Part shown: piece by piece, positions 15,098 to 39,817 of the stretch
Numbering within the stretch: the stretch's first letter is position 1
How the letters are laid out: each line of letters begins with the position of its first letter
NCBI RefSeq assembly: GCF_009914755.1
Contig: NC_060930.1
Strand: one strand, 5' to 3'
DNA length: 64,000 nt
DNA from: the human T2T-CHM13v2.0 reference genome, Homo sapiens
The notes under the pieces: generated by a model
What the model was told of the DNA's origin: nothing
The model's database searches: none
What the model saw: the letters and a program-made list of their open reading frames with translations, nothing else
Translations under genes and position numbers: made by a program

Positions 15098-15252
15098 GCA
15101 GAAACTCAAACAGATACTGTATGCCAATTTTTATAGCAGCATTATTCCCAATAGTCAAAGGGTGGAAGCTGCCCACATGTCTGTCTATTAATAGATAAAT
15201 GGATAAACAAAATGTTCTATACGTGTACAATAGATTTAATATTCAGCTTTGG

Positions 15253-15850
<598 letters not shown>

Positions 15851-16391
15851 ATTATTCAGCCTTAAAAAGAAATGAGCTGGGGGGAAGGGAGAATGGGGAG
15901 TTATTATTTAATGTTAACAGTTTCAGTTTTGCAACATGAAAAGGAGTTCTGTGGATAGCTAGTGGTGATGGTAGCATCACAATGCGAATGTACTTAATGC
16001 CCCTGAAATGTACATTTCAAAATGATTAAGACATAAATTTTATGTGATGTATATTTTGCCACAACTTTTTTAAAAAGCAAGGAAATTCTGACACAGGCTA
16101 CGACATGGATGAACCTTGAGGAAATTATGCTTAGTGAAAAAGGCCAGACACAAAAGGACAAATATTGTCATTCCACTTAGATCAGGTCCTTACAGTAGTC
16201 AAACTCATAGAGACAGAAAGTAGAATGATGGTTGCCAGGGGACTGGGGAGGAGAGAAAGGGGAGTTAGTGTTTAATGGGGACAGTTTCCGCTTGTGAAGA
16301 AGAAAAAATTCGGGAGATGGGTGGTAGTGTTGGTTGCACAAAATTGTGAATGTACATAATGCCGCTGAACTGTGCAGTTAAAAATAGTTAA

Positions 16392-16756
<365 letters not shown>

Positions 16757-17249
16757 CTAGGAGAAGACATCTGTTTGGTTTTTATATCTATATTCATTGA
16801 TTTATCCTGTCTGGAAACAAAGTTTCTGGATCAGAAAACAGACCAATTATTTGCTCGAATAGCAGTCTGATTGCCAACTCCCCATCCCTCAGTTTCCCAC
16901 AGGGCAGCACAGTGTGACCCAGATGTACCCTGCAGATACAGGCCTCTGTGCCACAGGCAAGAGCTTGGAAATGATGCATCTCAGAGCACAGCCAGATGCT
17001 GCTGGCATGTCTGGGCCTCTCACTCACTCTGGAGGCGGAGGGAAAGACCTTTGATCTCCAAGGCAAACACAAATCCATTCCGGAGAAAGGAGAGGAAGGT
17101 CTCTGGGGTTTTACAATCCTTTGGAATGCAAGCAAATGGTTCTGGGGAAAAGGAGGCATTCGTTATCTTTTTAGCATGTCACTCTCTGTTTCTCAGAAAG
17201 GTCCAGAAGTTTCAGGAACACTGAGAACTCCAGGGAGGATGGCGTTCCA

Positions 17250-19990
<2,741 letters not shown>

Positions 19991-20491
19991 CCCAATACTA
20001 AAGAACGAAGTGAAGTTTTATGTAGTGGGGCTGTAGGAGTTTGTGCAGAGAATGAAAATGTGCGGTACAGATGAAACCAGAGCCCCCTCAGCCACCGCCT
20101 GTTCCACCCACTTTGGGATGGAACATGATGGATGAGTTCACAGCCCTGTCTCCGTGGTCCTCACCATGCAGACTCATCTCAGGAGGTGCTGGTGGGCAGT
20201 AAGATGCTGCTGGATGCAAACGTTGTCCTTATCCTAGGGGCTGCACAGTTGGTATCTGTGCCAGAGGGGCACAACCGAGGCTCATCCTTTGGTAATGGTC
20301 TCCTGTTCTGGGCCTTGAGGTCTTCAGTCAGGGGAGGCTCCTGTTTTACCATCTACCCTCTTATTTAGAAAGTGTGCCTCCGAGCCTCAACTGCCTTTTA
20401 GTTTATCGGGTGACAGGCTGGAAGACTTAAAAAAATGAGAGTGCTTTGATGACTCTGGCATTCCTTGGGCATTGAGAAGCTGGTTATCAGT

Positions 20492-20505
20492 GTTGCCATG
20501 ACAAC
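20492..20505. promoter_or_regulatory. RFX X-box motif
   Basis: GTTGCCATGACAAC matches the palindromic RFX consensus, in unique sequence. Confidence 0.55.
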
Positions 20506-21019
20506 TGCGGGGCCCATAAATAAAACGGTGGAGGCGAAAGGTCATGTTGGACACTAACAATAGTGTAAAGCCTCTTAGATGCCTGGACTATGTACTTGAG
20601 ACACATTGGATGGTTGTTTTGAAAGGTAATTTTTCTTTTTGCTCCCAAATGACCTCCTATTAATTTTGTTCTTTTTTCAGTCTATTGCATTGGAATGTTG
20701 CTTAGCAAACAATTATACCTGGTACTACTCTTCAAGGAGCATGTCTATTAATTGTGTGGAGTGCAATCAGAGATAATACTGTCTCCCAAGCTAGTACAGG
20801 CTTTTAAACAAACATGATTTTCTTACCTCTACACAGTGCTGTGATATGCTAACATTAGCGTGGTTTGCAAGACTCAAAAGAGTCAGAAGGATTAAACTTG
20901 GAATAATTTAAGGTGCAGAATAATCTCCCAGAAAGCTGAAAGTGAGGGAAGGAACTGTGAGGTTCCAGATGTCGTTTATTAAGAGGAGTATGGTCTACAG
21001 GTGGTTTCCTAGGTCCAGC

Positions 21020-21176
21020 TCCTTGCCACTCAAAGTATGGTCCGTGGACTAGCAGCAGTCTCAGAGAGATTCTTCAACATCCGGAACCTCAGGCCCCACC
21101 CAGACCTATTGGATGAAGTGCTGCAGCTTAATAAGATCCCAGGTGACTTTTATGCACATTGAAGTCTGGGAAACAG
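21020..21176. mobile_element. MER5A-type hAT MITE
   Basis: CTCAAAGTATGGTCCGTGGAC ... CAGGCCCCACCCAGACCTA ... TATGCACATTGAAGTCTG. Confidence 0.75.
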
Positions 21177-21179
21177 AGT

Positions 21180-21995
21180 CTTACAACGTGAGTCAATGGC
21201 CTTCCAAAAGGGTGCTGGCACTGTAAGAAATAAAACCTGAGAGATCAGATACTCCTGGGAGAGTTAGGGAGGAAAAGCTTTGCTAAAAGCTGCTGGAAGT
21301 AGTGGGTGTCTATTTGTGGATCATATTTTGTACTGAATTGTTATGTTTCCCCTACTTACTGAAAACATGAGCTGAATTCCAGAAAGTAACAGGAAGAAGG
21401 ATGAGGATGGAAGAGTTAAAAAATAACACAGAAGTCCTGAGTTCTTGCAGGAGCATCCCCTTGCAAGATACTCATCATGACCTTGGGCCCCATTGCGCCA
21501 CAGTTTTCTCCACTTTGACAAGCCCAGATCACTTCCTAGGGCCTGCAGGATTCCTACATTAGTGCTTCTCAAGGGCTCCGAAAGCCTGGGATGAACGTCA
21601 TGGCGCATGCGTGAAGCTTATCAGGGTCGCGCTATGAGTTCCAGGCTGGCTCCTAATTCCGCAGCCTCCTCGCAGCTGGGGAGCAGTGTGCCCACTTTTA
21701 TCTCAGCTCCTGGCTTCTACAGAGGACGAGATGGGGAGGGCGTAGGGCGAGGAAGGAGGAGATAAAGCGGTTTGGTGCATGGATGAGTCAGAGCCCGGGC
21801 ACTCCCACCCATGGCTGAAAAGAGCATGAGTTTCCCACGTCCCTGTTCTGCTGTGAGAGGGGACCGCGTATCCACGTCCCCCAGCTGCACTGTGGGAGGG
21901 TTAATTGCAGAAAGACATTATTAAACAGCAGATTGGCTGTCACACGTGTCAACACGTAGCGATGGAGGTGAGTAAATGACTATGACTCAAAGTAA
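21180..21995. promoter_or_regulatory. Candidate enhancer (AP-1/NRF1/E-box motif cluster, CpG-enriched)
   Basis: TGAGTCA at 21189 and 21784, TGACTCA at 21983, GCGCATGCGT at 21603, CACGTG at 21943, ATTGG at 21932; no repeat recognised. Confidence 0.5.
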
Positions 21996-22030
21996 TTTTT
22001 AGAAACAAGCACAAAATAAAATGTCTGTGA

Positions 22031-22509
<479 letters not shown>

Positions 22510-23240
22510 AGCTAATTTTTTAAATATTTTGTAGAGACAAGGTCTTGCTGTGTTGCCCAGGCTGGTCTGTAACTCCTGGGCTCAAGTAATCCTCCTGCCT
22601 TCTCCTCCCAAAGTGCTGGGATTACAGGCATGAGCCACCACTCCTGGTATCCTGCCTCTTTTTGATTTTTTTTTTTTTTTTTGCATTCTAAAAATAGCAT
22701 CTTTTCTAAGATTATAGAATTAGTATTCTACATCACAAATATTTAAAATATGAAAAGTTATGAAGAAAATCAAATCACTCCTAATCCCTCCACCAAGAGG
22801 TAATCACTGTTAACACTCGTAGTTTATTTCCCTTTAGTATTCTTAGTCGAATCACTTTTTTCTCCAAAAACTATATAGCAAATAAACCAAAAGCAGTTTT
22901 CCCATTTGTAATCCATATCCATCTGGCATAAGGCCATGTAAGCTTGGTTTGGAGCTTGTCCCAATAGCCCTGCCAGCCCGAGTTTCCCATCCCTGCCTTG
23001 TGGTCTATTTCTCCATCCACCCTGACCCAAATGCCACTCTCACAGAACTCTAGATTTGAGTTTGCCTTCATTTCTGTTTGACCCCTCAGATCTTGGGAAT
23101 GTAAATTGTAAAGGCAAAACTTCATGAGACTTTTTTTTTCTCTGAACCCGATATATCAAAAAACAAGTGAGACTTTGTTAAAATCTACATTCCTTACTGT
23201 TTCTGATGCTTTGGAAATTAATCCAGGTTTACTCTGCCTT

Positions 23241-23529
23241 TTTTTTGAGATGGAGTTTCACTCTTGTTGCCCAGGCTGGAGTGCAATGGCATGATCTTGG
23301 CTCACCGTGACCTCCACCTCCTGGGTTCAAGTGGTTCTCCTGCCTCAGCCTCCTGAGTAGCTGGGATTACAGGCATGCACCACCATGCCCAGCTAATTTT
23401 GTATTTTTAGCAGAGACAGGGTTTCTCCATGCGGATCAGACTGGTCTTGAACTCCCGACCTCAGGTGATCCGCCTGCCTCGGCTTCCCAAAGTTGCTGGG
23501 ATTACAGGTGTGAGCCACCGCGCCTGGCC
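23241..23529 (-). mobile_element. AluSp-like, left arm only
   Basis: TSD TACTCTGCCTTTTT (23230, 23530); single empty site at about 30348-30361. Confidence 0.93.
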
Positions 23530-24274
23530 TACTCTGCCTTTTTCAATGCAGGTATTTCAAAGGATATGAGAAACTCAAGGGAAGGCATCTATATTTGTAA
23601 CTCCAGTACATGGCCCATAGTAAGTTCTCAATAATTCATGTTCACTGGTCACTTAAATAACACAGAACTATTGCTTCCTGTCTGGGTGAATATAATCAAT
23701 GGTTAAGATTAATAAGGGCAACAGTAATGAATGCGCTCGGTGGTTCAGGATCCTTTACTAGCCAGAATCACTGGTCTTTAACCCCTACACATTTCTGTTC
23801 CCCTAGTTGGGTCTCACCTTTTTAACTGCTAGCATTCTCCTCCTGCAGCCATGGACTCAATCTGTCTTTCCAGCGACCCACCCCTGGCTGGCTTGGATGC
23901 TGCTCTACCATCAAGGATGGCATTTGCCTCCTCACTTCACTGACTTGAAGTCTTCCCCACGGTTCCTCCACCTACTGCGGGCTGCCCACTCCCACCCTCA
24001 TCTCTCTACTGAAACAATTCTTGCCAAACTCTGGCCACTTCTCAATCCTTATCTCGCCTAAGCTCTCCAAGGCATTTGACACACTTGACCTTGCCCTCTT
24101 CTTTGGAGATCTTTAGAGAGCATGACTTCTTGCTCTGAGTCTTCCATGTACCTCTAACTGCCCCTTCCCAGCCTCTTTTGCAGAGTCCTCTTCCTCTGCC
24201 TCAACCTTAAATGTTGAAATCCCCTGAGTTTCCATCCATCATTTGCTTCACAAGGGGAACCAGTTCTGGGTTCT

Positions 24275-25470
<1,196 letters not shown>

Positions 25471-25479
25471 GTATCTGGG

Positions 25480-25778
25480 TTTTTTTTTTTTTTTTCCAGA
25501 CAGAGTCTTGCTCTGTTGCCCAGGCTAAGGTGCAGTGGCACAATCTTGACTGAGTGCAACCTCTGCCTCCCGGGTTCAAGCAATTCTCATGCCTCAGCCT
25601 CTTGAGTAGCTGGGCCCACAGTTGCGTTCCACCACAGCCAGCTTATTTTTATATTTTTGGTAGAGATAGGGTTTTGCCATGTTACCCGGGCTGGTCTCAA
25701 ACTCCTGGCCTCAAGTGATCCACCCGTCCCAGCCTCCCAAAGTCCTGGGATTATAAGTGTGAGCCACCGCACCTGGCC
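25480..25778 (-). mobile_element. AluS
   Basis: Antisense Alu; TSD about GT(A)TCTGGGTT. Confidence 0.9.
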
Positions 25779-26309
25779 ATGTCTGGGTTCTTTTAAATAC
25801 CAATGTTTAAAAATAGAATTATTCTATGAAAAACAATCTAGTCTCAAAATTTTGACTGCTAGAATAAACAATATAGTAAAATGTGTATAATTTCCTAGTT
25901 ATACTTTAAAGGTAGGATGAAGCTTAAGGTGCAGAAAGTGAAGTTAATTATTATTCTTCATTCATGGTTAGCCTCATCTTGAGTCTAGCAGGGCGCCACC
26001 CCTCCTCCCTGTTCCCAGTGCCTGTCCCACTCTCTCTCACCACAGACACTCAAAGTCACTGTTCTGTTACTCTTCTCACTCAAGCCACTGTGCTGGGATT
26101 GAAAGACTTTGCTCTTCATGGCTTACAGGAAAGTTAAGGTAGTATTTTTTGCTCTAGAAGCCATGTGAAAATGGGACTGCGTTGGAATAAGCATCTATAG
26201 GAGCTGATACCTGCCCTGGCAGTATCTGGTAACCAAGAATTTCCAGAATTGCAATGGGGGAGTGTGGTGGGAGGAACAACCCCAGTTCAAAAGAGGAAAA
26301 GCAATCAAA

Positions 26310-26704
<395 letters not shown>

Positions 26705-27660
26705 TTATTAGTAAGAGATAACCAGATAATGCTGCAATTCCTGCGTGCCTGAAGGCCTGAGAAACTTTCACAGTAGGGTTAGGGGAAGTGAGAGAGACTG
26801 AAGGTGTTGTGAGGGCTACCCAGCTCTCCACTTTTTCGAATGTGAAAAGAAATAAAGCAAAAGAAAATGTAAAAAAAAAAAAGAAGAAGAAGAAGAAAGA
26901 CTTTGCCCCTGAACTCTCAAGAGCAATGGAACTGAATCTCAGGGAGGGCATCCACAGGCTGATGAGTGCTATGACTAAAGGCCCATTGAAGGCATGTGGG
27001 GCAATAGGAGCCATAGAGAGGGACCTACTTCTGTTCACCAGGGAACTGAGAGCTCAAAGGTGGCTCCTAGCGAGAAGTGACTCCTAAGCTGAGTCCTGAA
27101 GATCGATGTGAGTGGGCCAGGCAGAGGAGAAAGGGAGGAGGAGCGTGTGCAAAGGCCCACTGCTGAGAGAGCCAATTTGTGGGAAGAACCAAGAATCACT
27201 CAGTAGCGCTGGAGTTGAGTGTTGGTGTGGGGTGGGAGGGTAAGAGAAGAGGTGGACAGGAGCTCATTCATGGAGGGCCTTGAACCTGTGCCAAGTCTGT
27301 AATTTATCTTGTTAGAAATGCACAGACATTGGTTTTAAACCAGGGCATGTCATGATTACATTTTTTTTTTTTCAGAATGATCATTCTAACCCAAATATGG
27401 AAAATAAATTGGACAGGGGAATGGGGAGGTCTTTTAGGAATCTGTTTTATCCTGGCAAGAGACAAAAAGGGCATTGGCAAAAGGGAGAACATTCGTTTGC
27501 TCATTCCTTTATTCATTCACTTATTTGACATTTACTTTATGTTTTCCCCTGAGCATCTTTTATGTGCCAGCATTGTGCTGTGCTGGGTGCTGGGAATACA
27601 AAGGCAAAAAAGAGAAACAAGGTCCCTGCCTTCCTAGGGCAGACACTTACTTGGCAGTTC

Positions 27661-28868
<1,208 letters not shown>

Positions 28869-28879
28869 CCGGGCCAAGT

Positions 28880-29960
28880 GTGAAGGCAATGACAGTATGT
28901 ATGAGCTAACATGATACAGAGTATTTTGGGAGCATATATACCAGGAGCATATTCCAAGAGATTTGGAGCATCAGAAAGACTTTCTTAAAAACTTCCCTAA
29001 AATGATGTCTCAGCTAAGACCTGAAGGAGGAGCAGGAGACGGCCAGGTGAAGGAGAGATATTGGGGGTTCCAGGTGGTTGGAATAGTAGAGGCAGCTTTC
29101 CAGAGAAGAGAGACATCAGAGCCTCTGAGTGAATGTAAAGAAGTTCAGTACGACTGGACCACAGGGACTATTAAGGTGTGAGGCTAATGAGGGAAGCAGG
29201 GACCTGATCCCAAAAGGCCTCTAAATCACATGAAGGAGACTGGACCTTATAAGAGGCATGGCATCATATAAGAGAAAGGATCAGATGGACATCCTGAGAA
29301 GATCACAGTCTGGATAAATAGTAACAAGACAGACTAGAAAGGACTTGGTGAACCATTAGCTAGATTTGGGGTTACAGAAGGGCATGAAGACTCGCAGGTG
29401 TCTGACTTGGATACCATAAAACAAGAGGAAGAGAGGTTGGGAAGGAAGATCTAAATTTTATTTTGGACCTGTTGCTTTTGAGGGACATTCAAGTGGAGCT
29501 ATTCAGTAGGTGCTTGCATATACATTCCACGTGGAGATGGAATAGAGTTATTGGCATGTAGGACCTACACAGTGCAGAAATCATAGGAGTGGATGAGACC
29601 AGGTAGGCAAGTCTGCAGGGTGAGAAGAGAGCTGTGGATGGAAACTCAGGGGATTCCAACATTTAAGGTTCAGGCAGAGGAAGAGGGCTCTGCAAAAGAG
29701 GCTGGGAAGGGGCAGTTAGAGGTACGAGGAAGACTCAGAGCAAGAAGTCATGCACTCTAAAGATCTCCAAAGAATAGGACAAGGTCAAGTGTGTCAAATG
29801 CCTTGGAGAGCTTAGGCGAGATAAGGATTGAGAAGTGGCCATAGAGTTTGGCAAGAATTGTTTCAGTAGAGAGATGAGGGTGGGAGTGGGCAGCCCGCAG
29901 TAGGTGGAGGAGCCGTGGGAGGTGGGGAAGACTTCAAAGTCAGTGAAGTGAGGAGGCAAA
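28880..29960 (-). mobile_element. L2 fragment
   Basis: Antisense L2 motifs (TTTTGGACCTGTTGCTTTTGAG, GACATTCAAGTGGAG, CCAACATTTAAGG, GTGTCAAATGC); continuous across the right-arm inner boundary. Confidence 0.65.
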
Positions 29961-31489
29961 TACCATGCTTGATGGTAGAGCAGTGTCCAAGCCAGCCAGG
30001 GGTGGGTCGCTGGAAAGACAGACTGAGTCCGTGGCTGCAGGAGGAGAATGCTAGTAGTTAAAAAGTTGAGACCCAACTAGGGGAACAGAAATGTTTAGGG
30101 GTTAAAGACCAGTGATTCTGGCTAGTAAAGGATCCTGAACCACCAAGCGCATTCATTACTGTTGCCCTTATTAATCTTAAGCATTGATTATATTCACCCA
30201 GACAGGAAGCAAGAGTTCTGTAAGTTCTGTTTAAGTGACCAGTGAACATGAATTATTGAGCACTTGCCATGGGCCATGTACTGGAGTTACAAATATAAAT
30301 AGGTGCCTGCTCTTGAGTATCTCATATCCTTTGAAATACCTGCATTGAAAAAGGCAGAGTAAAACTGGATTGATTTCCAAAGCATCAAAAACAGTAAGAA
30401 ATGTAGATTTTAATAAAATCTCACTTGTTTTTTTTGTTATATTGGGTTCAGAGAAAAACGAATCTCATGAAGTTTTGCCTTTACAATTCACATTCCCAAG
30501 GTCTGAGGGGTCAAACAGAAATGAAGGCAAACTCAAATCTAGAGTTCTGTGAGAGTGGCATTTGGGTCAGGGTGGATGGAGAAATAGACCACAAGGCAGG
30601 GATAGGAAAACTCGGGCTGGTAGGGCTGTTGGGACAAGCTCGAGACCAAGTTTACATGGCTTTATGCTAGATAGATATGGATTACAAATGGGAAAACTGC
30701 TTTTGGTTTATTTGTTGTATACCTTTTGGAGAAAAAAAGTGATTCTACATAAAAATACCAAAGGGGCCGGGCATAGTGGCTCACGCCTGTAATCCCAGCA
30801 CTTTGGGAGGCTGAAGCGGGCAGATAACGAAGTCAAGAGATCGAGACCATTCTGGCCAACATGGTGAAAGCCAGTCTCTACTTAAAATACAAAAATTAGC
30901 TGGGCATGGTGGCGCACGGCTGTAGTCCCAGCTACTCTGGTTGCTGAGGGAGGAGAATCACTTGAACCCAGGAGGCGGAGGTTGTAGTGCGCCGAGGTCA
31001 CGCCACTGCACCATCAGCCTGGTGACAGAGCAAGACTCTGTCTCAAAAAAAAAAAAAAAAAAAATACTAGAGGGAAATAAACTACAAGTGTTAACAGTGA
31101 TTACCTTTTGGTGGAGGGATTAGGAGTGATTTGATTTTCTTCATAACTTTTCATATTTTAAATATTTGTGATGAATAATACTAATTCTATAATCTGAGAA
31201 AAGATGCTATTTTTAGAATGCAAAAAAAAAAAATATATATCGAAAAGAGGCAGGATGCCGGGAGTGGTGGCTCATGCCTGTAATCCCAGCACTTTGGGAG
31301 GACAAGGCAGGAGGAGTGCCTCGGCCCAGGAGTTACAGACCAGCCTGGACAACACAGCAAGACCTTGTCTCTACGAAATACAAAAAAATTAGCTGGGCAT
31401 GGTGGCGTGCACCTGTGGTCCCAGCTACTCCGGAGGCTGAGGTGGGAAGATCACTTGAGCCCAGGAGTTTGAGGTTATAGAGAGCTGTG
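29635..31489 (+). repeat. Right (probable donor) arm of the large inverted duplication
   Basis: Reverse complement of 22098-24238; the L2 and AluJ continue intact past both ends. Confidence 0.95.
30765..31063 (+). mobile_element. AluSc-like, right arm only
   Basis: TSD AAAAATAC(C/T)A(A/G)AGGG; empty site at about 22829-22844. Confidence 0.92.
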
Positions 31490-31545
31490 TTTGAGCCACG
31501 GCACTCCAGTCTGGGCAACAGACGACTGAAAAAGAGAGAGAGACA
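31253..31545 (+). mobile_element. AluJ, shared by both arms (truncated in the left arm)
   Basis: Complete here; the left copy stops mid right monomer at about 22098. Confidence 0.88.
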
Positions 31546-32019
31546 GAAAGAGGGGCAGGTTTGTGTTCCAGTGCAGTGACCAAAATGACCAAAATGAAAA
31601 CAAACAAACAAAAAAAGATACTGGGTGATAACATCGCTTCATCAAAAACAAAAAATGTAGAAGATTATACTGGTAGGAGCAATATTCAGAAATAACACTG
31701 AAGACCTAAAAATCACATGCCATGCTTAACCTTGTCACAAACTAGGGGTGGTCCTAGGCATTTTCTTTAATGTATTTATTAATATATAAAATCTAGTAAT
31801 AATCAATCTGAAAGAAATGGTGTGATTGTGAGTCAGCCCTGCACACATTGCCCCTAGAAGAGGAAAATGACTTGCCCAGGTTTGTACAGTTATTATCTGC
31901 ATTTTTCTGATCATGTGATATTAATTTTCTCTTGAAACTTGAAATTATGAGGTAGAAAGTGCACTGTGAGAACAAATGTTGAGTTATGGCTGCCGGAGCT
32001 CCAAAAAATTGAGTTATAA

Positions 32020-32316
<297 letters not shown>

Positions 32317-32639
32317 TGAGTTATAATTCTTAATTGTGACATTTTTATTGATGAAAAGAAAATGATTTGATGCCTCTGATAAGAGACTGATATATTCTAA
32401 AATAAAGGCTCATTACTAACTGAAATAGAGTTTTTAAAGTTTAATTTGGTAGGAGGGAAGTAATCTCTTAAAAGATATGGCTGGCTATTCTTAAATTCAA
32501 TTTTAATGAGTATTTGTGGGTAACGAGATAGATGGAAATGTGTTTTGGGAATGTATTCTCATTTTCAATACGATTCCCTTTTATTGATCTCATGGGAAGA
32601 GGGCCTGCTTTCCCTTGTATGAAATTTCTAGACAAAAGA

Positions 32640-33133
<494 letters not shown>

Positions 33134-33479
33134 TCATTTCTTACGTCTACTGAAGCCTTGAGAAGATTAATTGAGGGTTTGCCTGCCTCGGAGGCATTTC
33201 ACCTGGGCAGGCTGTGTCCTGATCAGCAATGTTCTAGGCTGTCAGGACAGACACACACTTAGGCACTACGTGTGTGAAATCTCAAAACCGCAGCTGCTGA
33301 CCTAGGATTTTGTAGACACTCTCCGCTCTTTAGGGCCAGAGAGCCCCAGCAGTGAAAAGCCCAAGGAAGGTCTTGTTTTCCTTGTCATGTCTTTCAAATA
33401 AATTAGGGAGAATGAGCACAGCTAAATTTGAGAAATTATTGGCACAGCCGTCAATTAAATCCTTCAGATAGAAAACACA

Positions 33480-35745
<2,266 letters not shown>

Positions 35746-35832
35746 ACACATTTTTCTTTTATAAAATCTGAGTTGAGAGCCCATCTAAGATTTTTCAGTA
35801 CCTTTTGGAGTCAATTTAAAAATCCCACTGCA

Positions 35833-36143
<311 letters not shown>

Positions 36144-36339
36144 ATCCCACTGCAGGTATCTATCAGGGTAATGTGGTAGAGTTTCTTCCAAGGGACTCAG
36201 AGCTTGACAAATCTGGTCATAGTGAGAAAAACATTGGTAAAGTTGTCCAAAAGAGCAGACAAGGTCATTCAAGGTATTTGATCCACTTTTAGGAGTTAAA
36301 GCAAAGAGCTAATTATTCAGGATTAAAAAAAGATTTTTA

Positions 36340-38660
36340 GCATTACTGTAGATACTCTTTTGTGTAAAGCGTAAGATAAGGACCACACTTTTTATTTTTT
36401 TTGGCGTGGCATCTTTCTTGAGTATCGATTGATCTTCAATGGAAGGCCTTATTTTGGGATGTTTTATTCTATTCCACTGGCCCATAACATAAGTCTATGC
36501 TTAGGCCAATACAAAATTGTCTTGATTACAGTAGCTTTACTCATATAGTAAGTTTTGAAATCGGGTAGTTTAAGTTCAACTTTATTTTTCAAAATTGTTT
36601 GGCTTAAGGTTTTTTTGCATTTCTATATAACTTTTAGGGTCACCTTATCAAATTCTATTTTTAAAGCCTGATGATATTTGATAGGGATGCATAGAATCTA
36701 TAGATCAATTCAGGAAAAACTGTCCTCTACAATATTGAGTTTTTTGATCAATGTTCATGGTACGTCTCTCCATTTACTCAGCTCTTCAGATAAATATCTC
36801 AGTAATGTTTTGTGGTTTTTAGTGTATAGTTATTGCACTTTCTTTGTTAAATTTATTCTCAAGTATTTTATTCTCTTTGATACTATTGTGAATAAAATTT
36901 TTTTTAATTTCATCTTACTATATTGAAATACAATTAATTTTCATGTACTGAACTTGAGTCCTGTGACCTTGCTGATCTGGTTGATTAATGCCAGTAATTT
37001 TTTTGTAGATTCTTTGGGATTGTCTACATACAGAATCATGTTGTCTTTGAATAAATACACAACCTTTATACCTCCTTCCTAATCTATATATGTTTTATTT
37101 GTTTTTCTTGCATTATTTCATTGGCCAGAGCCCCAAGTACAGTAAGTCCTCCCTTAAGACCATTGATAGGTTCTTAGAAACTGTGACTTTAAGCAAAAAG
37201 ACATTTTGTTCAATCAAAGTATTTTTTTCTTTTTTTTTTTTTTTGGCTGGGATTATAGGTGCATGCCACCATGCCTGGCTATTTTTATTTTTTGTGGAGA
37301 CAGGGTCTTGCATTGTTGCCCAGTCTGGTCTTGAACTTCTGGGCTCAAGCGATCCTCCCACCCCTACCTCTCAAAGTGCCTGGGTTACAGGCATGAGCCA
37401 CTGTGCCCGGCCTCAATGTAATAACATTGATGAGAAAAAAAAAATGGATTGTGTTATAAGTCACTTTGCTTAAAGTCACAGTTTTCAAGAGCCTATTGAC
37501 ATTACATGAGGATTTACTGTACAATGCTGAATAAAAATGCTGAGAGCAGATATCCTTGCCTTGTTCCCAATCTTAGAGGAAAACTATTTGATCTTTCACT
37601 ATCTTATTATTTAAAAAATTGTAGTAAAATATACATAACAAAATGTACACTTTTAACTATTTTGAAGTGTGCAGTTCTCGGCATTAAGTCCATTTACACT
37701 GTGTAATCATCATCACCATCCATCTCTAGAACTTTTTCATCTCCCCAAACTGAAACTCTGTACCTATTAAACACAGACTCCCCATTCCCCCAGCCCCTGG
37801 CAAACACCCTTCTACTTTCTGTCTCTATGGATTCCATTATCCTAGGTACCTCATATTAGTGGAATGACAATATTTATCCTTTTGTGTCTATCTGGTTTCA
37901 CTTAGCACAGTGTCCTCAAGGTTTGTTCATGTTGTAGCATGTCTTGGAATTTTCTTTCTTCTTAAGGCCAAATAATATTTCACTATATATTTATTCTTTC
38001 ACTTTTAAGTATAATGTTAGCAGTGGGGTTTTCATAAATGTCTTTCATCAAATTGAGGAACTTTTCTTTTACTCCTAGTTTATTGAGAGATTATATCCTG
38101 AATGTAAATTGGATTTGGATAAATGATTTTTCAGCAGCTATTGAGATGACCATGTGGTTTTTGTATTTTATTCTAATTATAGAGTGTAATTATATTAATC
38201 AAATATTGACTGTTAAACCAATCTTGCATTCCTGGGGTAAGTCCCACTCAGTCATGGTGTATAATCCTATGCTTTTTTCTAAGAGTTATATAGCTTTATA
38301 ATAGCTCTTACATGTAGGTCTATGATTGATTTTGAGTTACTTGTTGTATATTATGTAAAGAAGGGTCCAAAATCATTCCTTTGCATATGGATACCCAGTT
38401 GTCCCAGCACCATTTGTTGAAAAGCCTATTCTTTCCCCACTGAATGATCTTGGCACTCTTGTTGAAAATCAATTGACTATAAACGTAAGGGCTTATTTCT
38501 GGAACTTCAATTCTGCTCCATTGATCTTTATATCTTCCTTATGCTGTACCACACTGTCTTGCTTACTGTAATAACTTGTAGTAAATTTTGAAATCAGGAA
38601 GTATGAGTCCTTCAACTTTGTTCTTTTTTGAGACTGTTTTCGTGAATTTGGGTCTCATAT
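36340..38660 (-). mobile_element. Old L1M ORF2/3' fragments, including a nested L1MB 3' end at about 37605-37995
   Basis: Antisense L1 ORF2 motifs (CCTTGCCTTGTTCCCAATCTTAGAGG, CAGCTATTGAGATGACCATGTGG, CCCAGCACCATTTGTTGAAAAG). Confidence 0.8.
37140..37519. mobile_element. MER97-like Tigger MITE with nested AluJ fragment (37222-37413)
   Basis: TIRs CAGTAAGTCCTC / GAGGATTTACTG; TA TSD on both sides; inner inverted CTGTGACTTTAAGCAAA / TTTGCTTAAAGTCACAG. Confidence 0.75.
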
Positions 38661-38752
38661 TTCTTAGAGTCCTTTTTAACTTTACCTCATCTGGGAAGAA
38701 TTGCCTTAAGATTATACACCACAGCAGTGCTTCTTAACTTGGCAGTACATAA

Positions 38753-39817
<1,065 letters not shown>

